64,000 nucleotides of DNA from Candidatus Bathyarchaeia archaeon (GTDB lineage Archaea; Thermoproteota; Bathyarchaeia; Bathyarchaeales; Bathycorpusculaceae): assembly GCA_049515895.1 (NCBI GenBank), contig JBEKTQ010000006.1, positions 32,001-96,000 on the forward strand, read 5' to 3'. The notes beneath the pieces were generated by a model that saw only the letters and a list, made by a program, of their open reading frames with translations, had not been told where the DNA came from and made no database searches. Position 1 is the stretch's first letter; each line of letters begins with the position of its first letter. Made by a program: the position numbers and the translations under genes. This document shows, piece by piece, positions 38,301 to 48,238 of the stretch.

Positions 38301-41021
38301 TTACACTCGTTTTCTTGTGACTAAGATTGCGAGTACTGCGCCGATTATGATTATGACGATTATTACCGCTATGAGTCCGTACATGACTGTGTTGTTTGAA
38401 GCTAAGCCGCTGGCTGGTGATGCTGTTGGTGCTTGTGTTGCTGGGGGTGCACCTGCGTGGACGGCTGCTTCAGCTGATGAACCGTAGTATCCGTTTGTGC
38501 CAGCGAATACTGCATAGATCGTGTAGTCGCCGGTAATGTCTGGTTTCCACGTGAAGCTGTAGAATCCGCTTCCATCTGAGGTTGTTGTTCCGATTTGTCG
38601 ATAGTTGTGGTTGCTGTCCAGGACATATAATGTCACTGGGACTCCTGTAAGGTTGGTCGGTAGTGGCTGCTGCTCGTATGCGAATTCCATTAAGCCTTTC
38701 ATACTGTCATCGGATACGCATGGTAGTCCGTTGGGGAAGTTCGCCTTAACTGCTTCTTGTGATGCACCTGCGCAGACATCGGTTACTGTGCCGCTTATGA
38801 CGACTGGTGTGTCTGTTGTTACTCCGACAGAAGGTGCGCTAACGGTTGTTTTGCTTGGTCCCTGTGCGTACGCGTAGACTTGTCCGTCGTAGGCGTTGAA
38901 TGTGGTTAATACGCCGTCTGTCACTTCGGTTCCTGTGTCGTCGAAGCCCAAGTTGCTCCACACGAGTTTTCCACTTGTTGCGTTCAGTGCCAACTCTAGT
39001 GCTCCGTGGAATAGCGGTGGGTTGTATTCGTGTCCTTCAGATAGGTACAGGATTGTATTAGTTCCTGTTCCAGCCATGGCGTGGTCTGCGAAGACCCAGA
39101 TTGGGTAGACCCCGTATGGTGACTCTGTTCCGGCTGGTCCGTTAATCTGGTATGTGCTCCACGTCCAGAGAATGTTGCCGTTGGCCATGTTTACTGCCCA
39201 TACGTCTCCTCCTAAGCCCCAAACGTACATTGTGTTCAGTAATGAGTCAGGAAGAGTGACGAGGCCGTAGGCGTCGTAGGTGTTCAGTGAATTGCCGTCT
39301 GCCATTTTTACGTTGAGGTTGCTTGTCCATACTTGCTGGCCTGTGGTGTCTGAGTATGCTGCCATCTGGAAGGTGTTCTGGTTTGTTTCAACGTAGATTC
39401 CGTTTGCTGCTGCACTATAAGCTAATCTAGTGTAGGGTGTGTATATGCCGCCGGTGCGGTTGGTTATCCACATTAGGTTGCCGTCTGTTGCGCTGTAGCC
39501 GGCTTCAACCATGTACCCAGTGGTTTCTGAAACTGAGACGGAGCCTTGTTCGAATACTAGGGTGTTTCCTGCCCATAATGTCGAGCCTAGAGCTGTGCCG
39601 AGTCCTGCCACGAGTTGTCCGTTGAGAACCGGGTTCATTGAAACAGCCCAGACCAATGCGTAGTTTGCATCGAATACAGTGTTAGGTGCAATGTTCCAGT
39701 CGAATAAGCCGCCGAAAGCTGACATTTGGCCGCTTGCTATGAAAGCGTTGGTTAGGTTGTAGAATTCCAGTACTGGTCCTTTGGATGCGGGGAAGACGAC
39801 TTTTGTCGTGGGGATTGGGCCAAACATCGGTGGACCACCCGGGGACATGTGTGGAATTGTGACGGTCAGATCAGTGGCTGGAGTTGGGGGTCCGAAGAAG
39901 TTGATGGTGGCGTTTTGAGCGGCTTGCCAGCCGATTATGTTTCCATTAGCGTCTTGCCCGAGGAATCCCAATGAAGGCATGTTGATGATTGAAGCGACCA
40001 AATTTCCCGTCATAGCATCCCACATATACCATGTGGCTGGTCCAGAGGAGAAGAATCCGCCGCCGGTTTGAGTGAAGATGTATGGTCCGACAATGCCGTA
40101 TTGGTCAATTGTTGGGAAGTTAAGCTCCATGCCACATCTTAAGATTGTCGTGGTGTTGATTACCCATTCAGTCTGTCCGTTATACAGGTTTACCGCTATG
40201 ATGCCTTGCGAGGCGGCGGTTTGTGTTGTGTACCAGGTTGAATAGAGTACTCCGTTCATGATAACTGGCGCGTATTTTGGATCGTATTGTGAGGTTGTCC
40301 AGAAGCTGCTGTACTGCTCGGTGTTGCCCAGTGGTGCTCCAGCTGCTCCTCCGACGCACCATGGTTTGGTCCAGAGGATGTGCGCAGAAGCTGGCGCAGC
40401 GGAGAACGGGTTGTAGTTGCCAGTGGCGTTGTAGCCTCCTGTGTTCGCAAATGTGACGGAGGAATATCCCATCCAGCCTCCGTTTAATGCTGCCCAGTTA
40501 AAGATGTTTTCAGAGTTTACTGGAGTTTCCCAGTAGGCTGTTGGGAGTGGAGTGTTTGGTAAGCCTCCCCTTGGCTCTGATGTCACAACAAGCGTCTGTG
40601 GTGCACTTTGACTTGGGTCATTGTAATAATTCGTGTAGCCGAATCCCGTGAAGGGTTGTCCGCCGTAGAACATTTGGAATGTGTAGTTGCCGACTGATGT
40701 TGGAGTGTAGGTTGTGAATGTGCCGCCGGTTGTGTCAGTGGTGAATGTTCCTAGTGAGGATTTTACTCCGGCTGGATTGGTAACGTAGACGGTCATGTTT
40801 TTGGCGACTTCTGTATCAAAAATTGGCACAGCAAGCCAAAAATCAACGGTAACTATTTGACCAACACCGCATGGGTTAGGAGCGACGTTGCAAAAGGATA
40901 TTGTTGGGACATGGACGATGCTTTGCCCGAACGCTGATTTCGATACTGTTAAAGCGCCTGCTAAAGATACCATAAGCATGCATAGTATTATCGCAGCAAT
41001 TTTGTTTTTCAATAAATGCAT
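38301..41021 (-). CDS. Secreted, C-terminally anchored PQQ-like beta-propeller surface protein (paralogue of 33328..35949)
   Basis: Shares LSEG..Y.PPLF, GPSKTTV.AP.VGVTT, NFPNGLPCVSD and WKPDITG; ATG 41021 with GGAG SD. Confidence 0.8.
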   Translation of the reverse strand: MHLLKNKIAAIILCMLMVSLAGALTVSKSAFGQSIVHVPTISFCNVAPNPCGVGQIVTVDFWLAVPIFDTEVAKNMTVYVTNPAGVKSSLGTFTTDTTGGTFTTYTPTSVGNYTFQMFYGGQPFTGFGYTNYYNDPSQSAPQTLVVTSEPRGGLPNTPLPTAYWETPVNSENIFNWAALNGGWMGYSSVTFANTGGYNATGNYNPFSAAPASAHILWTKPWCVGGAAGAPLGNTEQYSSFWTTSQYDPKYAPVIMNGVLYSTWYTTQTAASQGIIAVNLYNGQTEWVINTTTILRCGMELNFPTIDQYGIVGPYIFTQTGGGFFSSGPATWYMWDAMTGNLVASIINMPSLGFLGQDANGNIIGWQAAQNATINFFGPPTPATDLTVTIPHMSPGGPPMFGPIPTTKVVFPASKGPVLEFYNLTNAFIASGQMSAFGGLFDWNIAPNTVFDANYALVWAVSMNPVLNGQLVAGLGTALGSTLWAGNTLVFEQGSVSVSETTGYMVEAGYSATDGNLMWITNRTGGIYTPYTRLAYSAAANGIYVETNQNTFQMAAYSDTTGQQVWTSNLNVKMADGNSLNTYDAYGLVTLPDSLLNTMYVWGLGGDVWAVNMANGNILWTWSTYQINGPAGTESPYGVYPIWVFADHAMAGTGTNTILYLSEGHEYNPPLFHGALELALNATSGKLVWSNLGFDDTGTEVTDGVLTTFNAYDGQVYAYAQGPSKTTVSAPSVGVTTDTPVVISGTVTDVCAGASQEAVKANFPNGLPCVSDDSMKGLMEFAYEQQPLPTNLTGVPVTLYVLDSNHNYRQIGTTTSDGSGFYSFTWKPDITGDYTIYAVFAGTNGYYGSSAEAAVHAGAPPATQAPTASPASGLASNNTVMYGLIAVIIVIIIIGAVLAILVTRKRV

Positions 41022-41051
41022 TTTTTCTTTTCTCCATTTAATTTTGTCTTT

Positions 41052-41085
41052 GTTGAGCAACAAGCAGAAAAGCCAATTGCCCAAC
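41052..41085 (-). promoter_or_regulatory. 5'-leader hairpin (copy 2) downstream of TATA at 41109-41117
   Basis: GTTGGGCAAT TGGC [ttttct] GCTT GTTGCTCAAC. Confidence 0.55.
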
Positions 41086-41325
41086 GAATCCTCTTTCGAC
41101 TCACTTTGTATTTAAAACTTGCGATGACCCTGTATAGCGCCATTTTTGAGATTCCACGCTATTTCACTTCTTTCTTAAAGAAAAACGCAAAAATCGAGTT
41201 TCAATCTCTTGCCTGCTTGAATGAACAAACAGAAGCCTCCTTTTGTCAATTTGGAGAGGAATCGTTATGAGGTACGATTGCTCTTTTTGTTATTTGCGTG
41301 CACGTTGTTAGGAGATGGACTTTTT

Positions 41326-41484
41326 TTGCCGACTAAGACTTTGGTTTGCGGTTGTGTTTATGAGGAAAATGAGTGGATGCTTGTCCGAATAAAAGAATGT
41401 GAAAAGCATCACAAACTGCGAACTAGAAAAGTTGAGTACAGGCCAAAAGCGGAATGCAACCGAAACGATACGAGAGGCGAGTAA
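41326..41484 (+). CDS. Small putative Zn-binding protein (CGC...CxxH)
   Basis: TTG start after GGAGA; MPTKTLVCGCVYEE...ECEKHH. Confidence 0.45.
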   Translation: MPTKTLVCGCVYEENEWMLVRIKECEKHHKLRTRKVEYRPKAECNRNDTRGE

Positions 41485-41585
41485 GCCTTCGAGCTTTCGT
41501 CAACGGATAGACTTTATAATAAGTTCAGTATTAGGCAAGCGTGCAAAGAGATTTGCAAAGAACGTAATAGGAAGTGAAAAAACAA

Positions 41586-41729
41586 ATGTCATACGGTAAC
41601 AAAGAGATGCACAAGGCAACCTGCGCTGACTGCGGAAAAGAATGCGAAGTTCCCTTCAAGCCAGACGGTAGCAGGCCAGTATATTGTCGTGAGTGCTATT
41701 CAAAACGAAGACCACCAAGACGATATTAA
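41586..41729 (+). CDS. CxxC-x17-CxxC zinc-ribbon protein (47 aa), not in ORF track
   Basis: MHKATCADCGKECEVPFKPDGSRPVYCRECY is the family signature. Confidence 0.92.
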   Translation: MSYGNKEMHKATCADCGKECEVPFKPDGSRPVYCRECYSKRRPPRRY

Positions 41730-41916
41730 GCTTGTACGCTAAAATCTTTACCTATTTGGTAATATTCTTTTTTCTTTAATTTAACCCTGAATTAAATTCT
41801 AAACAATGGTAAACCTGATCTCCAAAAACGGGCTCGCAAGATTCCAGTGCGAAGCATATTGATGCGAAAAATGTTTTAACTTGGATGCTGTTCTTAACTT
41901 CTTATTGGGTGACTTT

Positions 41917-42045
41917 ATGCCTAGTGTAGCAAAACGAAAAGCAAAAAACACACAGATTGAACAAAGAAAAAAATTGGAACGCGAAAAAGAAGCAAAAAAG
42001 AAACAGATGAGGCAGCAGCTTCCGACTAAAGGCCAGAAACGTTAG
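41917..42045 (+). CDS. Small Lys/Arg-rich protein (42 aa)
   Basis: GGGTGA SD; MPSVAKRKAKNTQIEQRKKLEREKEAKKKQMRQQLPTKGQKR. Confidence 0.65.
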   Translation: MPSVAKRKAKNTQIEQRKKLEREKEAKKKQMRQQLPTKGQKR

Positions 42046-42163
42046 GCCTAAAAATAAGTAATTCACGATTGACCTCGTCGCGGCTGATTTAATTAATGCT
42101 TTTTTCGTGGCATTCTACTGAAAGTTTTTTATTAATTGCCCGTGTAATAAGTAGCGATCATTC

Positions 42164-42409
42164 ATGAAATTAGCCGAAATCGCTATTTTGCTTAGGGAAA
42201 TCGTTGACAGGTGCCCTAATTTAGAAGGAAGCACTTTTACGTTGATCCCGCAGAGGGCTATGTACCCATTATTTAATGGATACCATATAAATATTAAAAC
42301 AAACATTACGAAGGAAAACGTAGGTTGCTTAAGGAAAATAGTGGAAGGGCACGACTTGGTAATGCAGATTAAACCTGATTCAGTAATAGTTTATGAAACT
42401 AGAGGTTAA
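42164..42409 (+). CDS. Small hypothetical protein
   Basis: 81-aa ORF with a TATA-like element upstream. Confidence 0.65.
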   Translation: MKLAEIAILLREIVDRCPNLEGSTFTLIPQRAMYPLFNGYHINIKTNITKENVGCLRKIVEGHDLVMQIKPDSVIVYETRG

Positions 42410-42552
42410 AAGCTAAACCGCGTTGATTGCCGCCCACATTTCAATTAAGGAAAAGGCCGGGATACACTGCATTTTTCTCGATCTTGAAAGACTGCAGGGC
42501 ACAGCAAAGTTTTTGAGGGCCTATTCCAATGAGCTTGCAAGGTTGACAAATC

Positions 42553-42681
42553 TTGTCTAGAAGAGAAAAGAAAGCTGAGGGTCTGGAGAAACACAAGAAA
42601 CTGCAACGCGAAAAAGACCAAAAGCGAAAAGAACGAAAACAAATAGCACTCCCAGCAAAGCACTCAAAAGGTAAAAAATAA
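42553..42681 (+). CDS. Small Lys/Arg-rich protein (42 aa), paralogue of 41917..42045
   Basis: TTG start; MSRREKKAEGLEKHKKLQREKDQKRKERKQIALPAKHSKGKK. Confidence 0.6.
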   Translation: MSRREKKAEGLEKHKKLQREKDQKRKERKQIALPAKHSKGKK

Positions 42682-42864
42682 TCAAATCGCGTTTACCGCG
42701 TTTTTCCCTTTTTTGATTGAATACAATTTTGCAGATTTCTCTGATTAACACAAAAGGATACCGAGCCAATTGTTTTCTCTTTGCTGCATTCTGCGTTTTT
42801 GGCTTTTTTCGAAAATTATTAAAGCACTAACCTGCATAAAGTATCATTCGGAGAATAAACAAAT

Positions 42865-42954
42865 ATGCCGAAGAAAGAAAAACCTTTAACTAAAAAAGAA
42901 CGAGACGAGAAAAGAAAGAAACGTAAAGAAAAAAAGAGCAAAACCCAGACTTAA
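42865..42954 (+). CDS. Very small Lys-rich peptide (29 aa)
   Basis: TATA-like TTATTAA, GGAG SD; MPKKEKPLTKKERDEKRKKRKEKKSKTQT. Confidence 0.55.
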   Translation: MPKKEKPLTKKERDEKRKKRKEKKSKTQT

Positions 42955-43282
42955 AACTTCAAGTGAAGAAAAAACGGGTCCTTTTTTTAACCCTTGATTT
43001 TTGTCTTTGAAACCAAGAAGAAACGGGCTTCTTCGTCGAATTCTCGTTTACAAATGTATTCAACCGCCTCCCGCTTTCTACATTTTGCTTTTTCTTCATA
43101 CTTTAGGTGTTTAACCTGAAAAGGGAACTGATTTTAGCGTTGAAACTGCAAAAAGCGAGGGGCAGAAAATATTGCAACTGACAGCGCGGTTGCTGAAAAA
43201 GTTGTTTCTGGAATAAGATATAAAAAGAAATGTCGATTTATTTACGTATCAGTGTTACGTTTTGGCAAGAGGCGAAGGTTGA

Positions 43283-45085
43283 ATGGGCGCAAAAAAGGTT
43301 GTAAGCAGGAAGACTGCTTTGGGAAGCATAGCTTTATGCATTGTTTTGTCCGCCGTTGTTATTGGCGTTCTGATACAGAATTCCAATACGAATCTTAAGA
43401 ATCAAGCTGCAGCAAAAGACTTGGTGATTAATTCCCTAAACTCGACTGTCAGCTCCCTGAATGCAACAGTTGGAAACTTGAACTCAACCGTCAACTCCTT
43501 AAACGCTCAAATAACAAGCCTTCAAAAACAAGTTAAATCAGAGAATTCAACCAACATAATTCTTGAAAACCAACTTGCGTCAAAATCTTCTTCATTAAAC
43601 ACAGCTGACAATGAGATATCATCGCTTCAAAACGAAATTGTTTCAAATCCTCAGGTGACGGCCCTTCAAAACCAGCTTGCTGCCTCGCAAGCACAGGTGG
43701 TGACCCTTCAGAACCAAGCCACCTCATATCAAACAACAATCACCTCGTTGAACTCTCAGGTTGCAAACTTGGAATCAACTATAGCTAATTGGGATAACCC
43801 AGTCAGCAACGCGTTCAGCCTGATTCAAATTACAGACACTCAGTTTTTAAGCGAATCAAACCCGGCCTTGTTCAACACTTTGACTAGCTGGATTGTAAAC
43901 AACACTAATGCATTAAATGTTTCAATGGTTGTCAACACAGGCGACATCATCAACGTTCCCGGTAACGTCACACAATGGCAAAACGCCAATATTGCAATGA
44001 TGCAGCTCTACAACAACGGCGTTCCATACAGTTGGTGCGCGGGAAACCACGATATCATCGGTGAGTCTCTTCCTCAAGGGAACGCTAATGGTGTTTGGCT
44101 TGGCGGGAGCGGTGACTCAGCCTTTGACGTTTCAGTCATGCAGCACGAGCCATATTGGGTTGCAAGCATTTTCAACGGGTCAAGCACGGCAGTGCAGTTC
44201 AGCTATGGCAACTACCGCTTCATGATTATTAACGTAGCTTATGACGCTAATGCCACGGTGCTGGACTGGATGCAGACTCTTTTGAAATGTAACCCCAACG
44301 ATAACGTGATTGTAACAACCCATAACTTTCTGACTGGATTGGGCACGTATGGATATACGCCGAGCTCTCAGGATATCGCTTGGGCAGCCAACTTTAATAA
44401 CACGTTGAGTAACTACCCGAACGTCTTTATGACGTTAAGCGGACACGACATCAGTGAAGGCACCGCAGCTAACCTAAGGAATGGAAACAGGGAAGACATT
44501 TTCTTTAACCGGCAACAAGAAGACAGCCTCCAAGGTGGGGCAACTGCGAGAATCTACACCTTTAACATGAGCAACCCTGCAAACCCTGTTGTAAGCGTTT
44601 ACACCTATGAAACATACGCCAATGGAACTGGAGGAATACCTCAATACTTAACGGACCGGTTGGATCAATTCCGCTTCACAACCAACTTAACTGCATATGC
44701 ACCTTCGCCTGTGGGCTCTATAAGCGCTGTTTTCTGGGGCTCAAGCGGCTTCAGCACAAATTTTGCAACTCCGATAACTTTGACGGGCTACAACCAGACA
44801 GGTGACCTGCTCAGATTCTACAATTTGACTTTCAACGGCGTTACATCTAACTTGACAATAAGTTCTGTCGGTGCCAACATGGTGATAAACAACTATAATT
44901 CAACGGGCATTTCCTATACTGTTAACGGGGGCGTCGGCACTCAAACCTTCCTAACGAACGCGCTTCCAACTTCAGTGATCGTCGACAACGCAACACAAAC
45001 TCCTCCAGGCAACAACTGGAACTATCAAAACGGAACAGTTACAGTTACGGGCGCAACTCAATCAGTGACAATAAACTTCACCTAA
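43283..45085 (+). CDS. Membrane-anchored metallophosphoesterase with coiled-coil stalk
   Basis: N-terminal TM, heptad region, DTQ / TGD / GNHD / TTH / SGHD motifs. Confidence 0.82.
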   Translation: MGAKKVVSRKTALGSIALCIVLSAVVIGVLIQNSNTNLKNQAAAKDLVINSLNSTVSSLNATVGNLNSTVNSLNAQITSLQKQVKSENSTNIILENQLASKSSSLNTADNEISSLQNEIVSNPQVTALQNQLAASQAQVVTLQNQATSYQTTITSLNSQVANLESTIANWDNPVSNAFSLIQITDTQFLSESNPALFNTLTSWIVNNTNALNVSMVVNTGDIINVPGNVTQWQNANIAMMQLYNNGVPYSWCAGNHDIIGESLPQGNANGVWLGGSGDSAFDVSVMQHEPYWVASIFNGSSTAVQFSYGNYRFMIINVAYDANATVLDWMQTLLKCNPNDNVIVTTHNFLTGLGTYGYTPSSQDIAWAANFNNTLSNYPNVFMTLSGHDISEGTAANLRNGNREDIFFNRQQEDSLQGGATARIYTFNMSNPANPVVSVYTYETYANGTGGIPQYLTDRLDQFRFTTNLTAYAPSPVGSISAVFWGSSGFSTNFATPITLTGYNQTGDLLRFYNLTFNGVTSNLTISSVGANMVINNYNSTGISYTVNGGVGTQTFLTNALPTSVIVDNATQTPPGNNWNYQNGTVTVTGATQSVTINFT

Positions 45086-45117
45086 ATTTCTACTAGAAAA
45101 TATTTCTACTAGAAAAT
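45086..45117. repeat. Tandem 16-bp palindromic repeat between convergent genes
   Basis: ATTTCTACTAGAAAAT x2. Confidence 0.75.
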
Positions 45118-45143
45118 TGAACTACAAAGACGTTATAGTGTCT

Positions 45144-45485
45144 CTAAGAGTACTCCCTGAAGGTGTGACCGCACTTTGTACAGCGCATAAACTGGGTTGA
45201 CGCTTCGTCGCCGCCGCGCGTTTGCACTTGCCAAACGTAAACCAGGTTGTTTTCGCATTTCTCACATTTCATGCGTATTGTCGGCATTGTTTTGACTTTC
45301 TGTTCTTCTTCACTTATGACGGTCATGAAAGGCTGGCATTTAGGTTGGATTAACTTCACCACTTTGGCTTGCTCCCTGTTGCATGAAGCCTGCTTGGTGA
45401 AACCGCATTTTGAGCAAACAAGCACTGCGGCGCCTTCAGATTTTTTAGGTTCGAGACGAACGCCGCACGTTGGGCAAAACTCCAT
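45144..45485 (-). CDS. tfs: Transcription factor S (TFS/RpoM family)
   Basis: MEFCPTCG...CSKCG; CEKC...QTRGGDE.STQFMRCTKCG. Confidence 0.9.
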   Translation of the reverse strand: MEFCPTCGVRLEPKKSEGAAVLVCSKCGFTKQASCNREQAKVVKLIQPKCQPFMTVISEEEQKVKTMPTIRMKCEKCENNLVYVWQVQTRGGDEASTQFMRCTKCGHTFREYS

Positions 45486-45666
45486 TAACAGAAATCCCTC
45501 TTGATATTCCTTCACTCAAAGGAAGCCACGCCATATAAGGGTTCTTAACTAAAGAATAAAAATTTCAAGCTGAAAAAGCGTTTTGCCGCCCAACTTAATC
45601 AATTCTTCAACGTACGAAACGCAAATTAAAAATATCCTTGCGCTTGTAACAGGACAGGGATTAACC

Positions 45667-46314
45667 TTGGAAAAAGAAGGCAAACCCAAGAGCGTATGGC
45701 AAACAATTGACCATGTATTGGCATACTTGGCCAGAGCAGATAAACTTCCGCACAGGACAGAAGGTGAGAGAGTGCTTCTTGAACAAATTCCCAAGCACAC
45801 CAAACGCATTTTAGACTTGGGAACGGGCGACGGCAGACTGATGGCGTTGGTTAAACTTAACCGGCCAGAAGCTGAAGGTGTAGCGCTGGATTTTTCTGAG
45901 CCCATGCTCGAATGCGTGAGAAAACGTTTTGCGCAAGACGAGAAAGTAACGGTAGTTAAGCATGATTTTAGTTTGCCCCTTCCAACTGAGCGATTGGGCT
46001 TCTTTGACGCTGTAGTGTCAAGTTTGGCGATCCACCATTTGGACCATAAAAGGAAAAGGCAGCTATACAAAGAAGTATTTGGCATGTTAAATTCCGAAGG
46101 AGTTTTCTGCAATCTTGATCGTGTTGCTTCTCCGACTGAGAATCTTCATGTAAAGTTTATGGAAGCGTCAGGAACTCCAAAGACTGAGGACCCATCGAAC
46201 AAGCTTTTGGATGTTGAGACGCAGCTTAAGTGGCTGAGACAAATCAGATTTTCTGATGTTGATTGCTACTGGAAATGGTTGGAAATGGCACTCCTAGCAG
46301 GTTTCAAAATTTAA
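45667..46314 (+). CDS. Class I SAM-dependent methyltransferase
   Basis: [16 protein letters not shown] and [13 protein letters not shown]; TTG 45667 is the likely start. Confidence 0.9.
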   Translation: MEKEGKPKSVWQTIDHVLAYLARADKLPHRTEGERVLLEQIPKHTKRILDLGTGDGRLMALVKLNRPEAEGVALDFSEPMLECVRKRFAQDEKVTVVKHDFSLPLPTERLGFFDAVVSSLAIHHLDHKRKRQLYKEVFGMLNSEGVFCNLDRVASPTENLHVKFMEASGTPKTEDPSNKLLDVETQLKWLRQIRFSDVDCYWKWLEMALLAGFKI

Positions 46315-46396
46315 AACATACCGTTTTTGGCGGTTAATCGACAAATAGAAAACGATAATAAGGGCTTATACAACGATCTAGTTAAGGTTTGTAGCA

Positions 46397-46906
46397 ATGA
46401 CAGCAAACAGTAGTGTACAGATTGATTTTAATCATTGGCTTGCACGATTAGTCGCTTACATCATTGACGCTGTAATAATTATCGTTGTCTCGGTCATATT
46501 AGGCATAATTGTCGCTGCCGCAATCGTTTTAACAGGAGCATTTTTCCTGTTCGTGGGATATTATCTCTTCTTTTTGACCTTTGGATTACTTTCGTTGCTG
46601 TACTTCATAATTTTAGACGTCGTTTGGGAAGGAACCATTGGCAAAAGGGCCATGGGCTTACAAGTGCAGATGGAAAAAGGTGGAAAAATATCGATTGGCC
46701 AATCATTCATTCGCAATATAAGCAAAATCTTCTGGCTTTTCCTCTTTCTCGACTGGTTGATAGCAGTTGTAACAGCTGGAAATGACAAACGCCAAAAACT
46801 GACAGACCGCTGGGCAGGAACTACCGTCGCCCAAACAAAACAAGTATTACAATTCCAATCCAATCCCCCATCTTCAGCACCGCCGACACCGCCGCCTTCT
46901 ACATAA
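46397..46906 (+). CDS. RDD family membrane protein
   Basis: RLVAYIID, GTIGKRAMGL and QKLTDRWAGT. Confidence 0.9.
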   Translation: MTANSSVQIDFNHWLARLVAYIIDAVIIIVVSVILGIIVAAAIVLTGAFFLFVGYYLFFLTFGLLSLLYFIILDVVWEGTIGKRAMGLQVQMEKGGKISIGQSFIRNISKIFWLFLFLDWLIAVVTAGNDKRQKLTDRWAGTTVAQTKQVLQFQSNPPSSAPPTPPPST

Positions 46907-47023
46907 ATCCAAAATCCCTTCTTTTTTTCTCTTTTCAAAAAACATTCTTAAGCGGACAGCAGATTAGTAAATGATCTTGGTGCTTTTGATAGCTGGGTGT
47001 CCAGAATAGGTTGAAAGGTTTTA

Positions 47024-47599
47024 TCATTTCGGCATAACTATTCCGTCATTGGGGGCTCCATAAGTTACGGCTTTTCCTTCCAAAAAAAGTTTACCAACGT
47101 ACGCGCAGGTTACAGCGTCAAGTTCATGATCGCTTAATTCACTTTTCAATCCTTTTATGCCATAGCCCTCGAGACCCGCCTTCAGCTTTTCGAGCCCCAT
47201 CTGCTTTCTGGGTATTCCCAAGACATCTTGAGCGCCGCCTGGATAAGCCTCAATTACAACCCGCCCTTCTGCTTCTAACAAATGCCTCAGGTTTATTCCA
47301 CGTTGAGTCAGTTTTCTCATCGGTCCTAGCGTGACGGGAAAAAACTTTATGCGTCTTTTCAAAAGCTCCTTATCGCAATCCCTGAGGTGAATGTTTGTTC
47401 TTTCTTCGAGGGATTTCCTTCCAGGAGGCAGACTTAAAGGGGCATCAATTGCGACAAGGGCTGGTTGGGTTTCCGTGATTTTCATAAGGATTTCCGCGTC
47501 TGTGTATGTCAAGCTTGTTAGCGCTTTTATTCCTGTAAGAATGCAGAAACCTGTGGGTCTACGCTCGACGCCTGCCAAATCTAGGCCGATAACAATCAT
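47024..47599 (-). CDS. DUF429 family (RNase H-like) protein
   Basis: IGLDLAG, AIDAPL, IEAYPG and HELDAV. Confidence 0.85.
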   Translation of the reverse strand: MIVIGLDLAGVERRPTGFCILTGIKALTSLTYTDAEILMKITETQPALVAIDAPLSLPPGRKSLEERTNIHLRDCDKELLKRRIKFFPVTLGPMRKLTQRGINLRHLLEAEGRVVIEAYPGGAQDVLGIPRKQMGLEKLKAGLEGYGIKGLKSELSDHELDAVTCAYVGKLFLEGKAVTYGAPNDGIVMPK

Positions 47600-47866
47600 T
47601 CGTTACCAAACTTAAGCTTCGTCAGTTTAAACTAAAATTCTTTTTCCTTAATTTTTCCTTAATTCAGTTTTTCTAGCGCCTGCTTAAGCTTAATGACCGC
47701 CACTTGCTCCCCGCAATCTAACGAGTTACCGCTGATTTTACAAATAAAATGATAATATTCGCCATGTTTTCAACCCTAAAAGAACCTTTTTTACGCACTT
47801 TTGCGTGCATCAACCGCAAGTGTTTTATGCTGATGCATATGATAACATCCAAGATTAGGGATAACC

Positions 47867-48031
47867 ATGGCAAAATGCCCAACCTGTGGAAAAGAAGTTA
47901 AAAACCCAACAAAAACTTGGAAGATGGCTGGCAAACCAGACAAGAAAGGCAAACGCACACAACTCACAATAGCTCTCTATAAATGCTGCGACAAAACCTT
48001 CCGAGAAGTCGTAGATAAGAAAAAGATCTAA
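47867..48031 (+). CDS. Cren7-like chromatin protein (Cys-containing), not in ORF track
   Basis: MAKCPTCGKEVKNPTKTWKMAGKPDKKGKRTQLTIALYKCCDKTFR follows the P-x-K-x-W...G...I-x-L-F/Y...FR pattern of Cren7; U-rich terminator follows. Confidence 0.75.
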   Translation: MAKCPTCGKEVKNPTKTWKMAGKPDKKGKRTQLTIALYKCCDKTFREVVDKKKI

Positions 48032-48238
48032 ACGGCAACTTCCAAATTTCCTTTTTTTATTTTTCTTTTTTATTCATCGCTCAGGTTAACACAATTTATC
48101 AAGTGAGCAAATCGGTTCCCGTGTTCCTTAGACTTTGGCATGCTTGATGCTCTCATCTGTTACTGACAAAAATCACGGCAAGTAATCTAAAGATTTGCTG
48201 CCTCCCTAGCCAAAATTGTCTTGGCCAGGGAAGACTTA

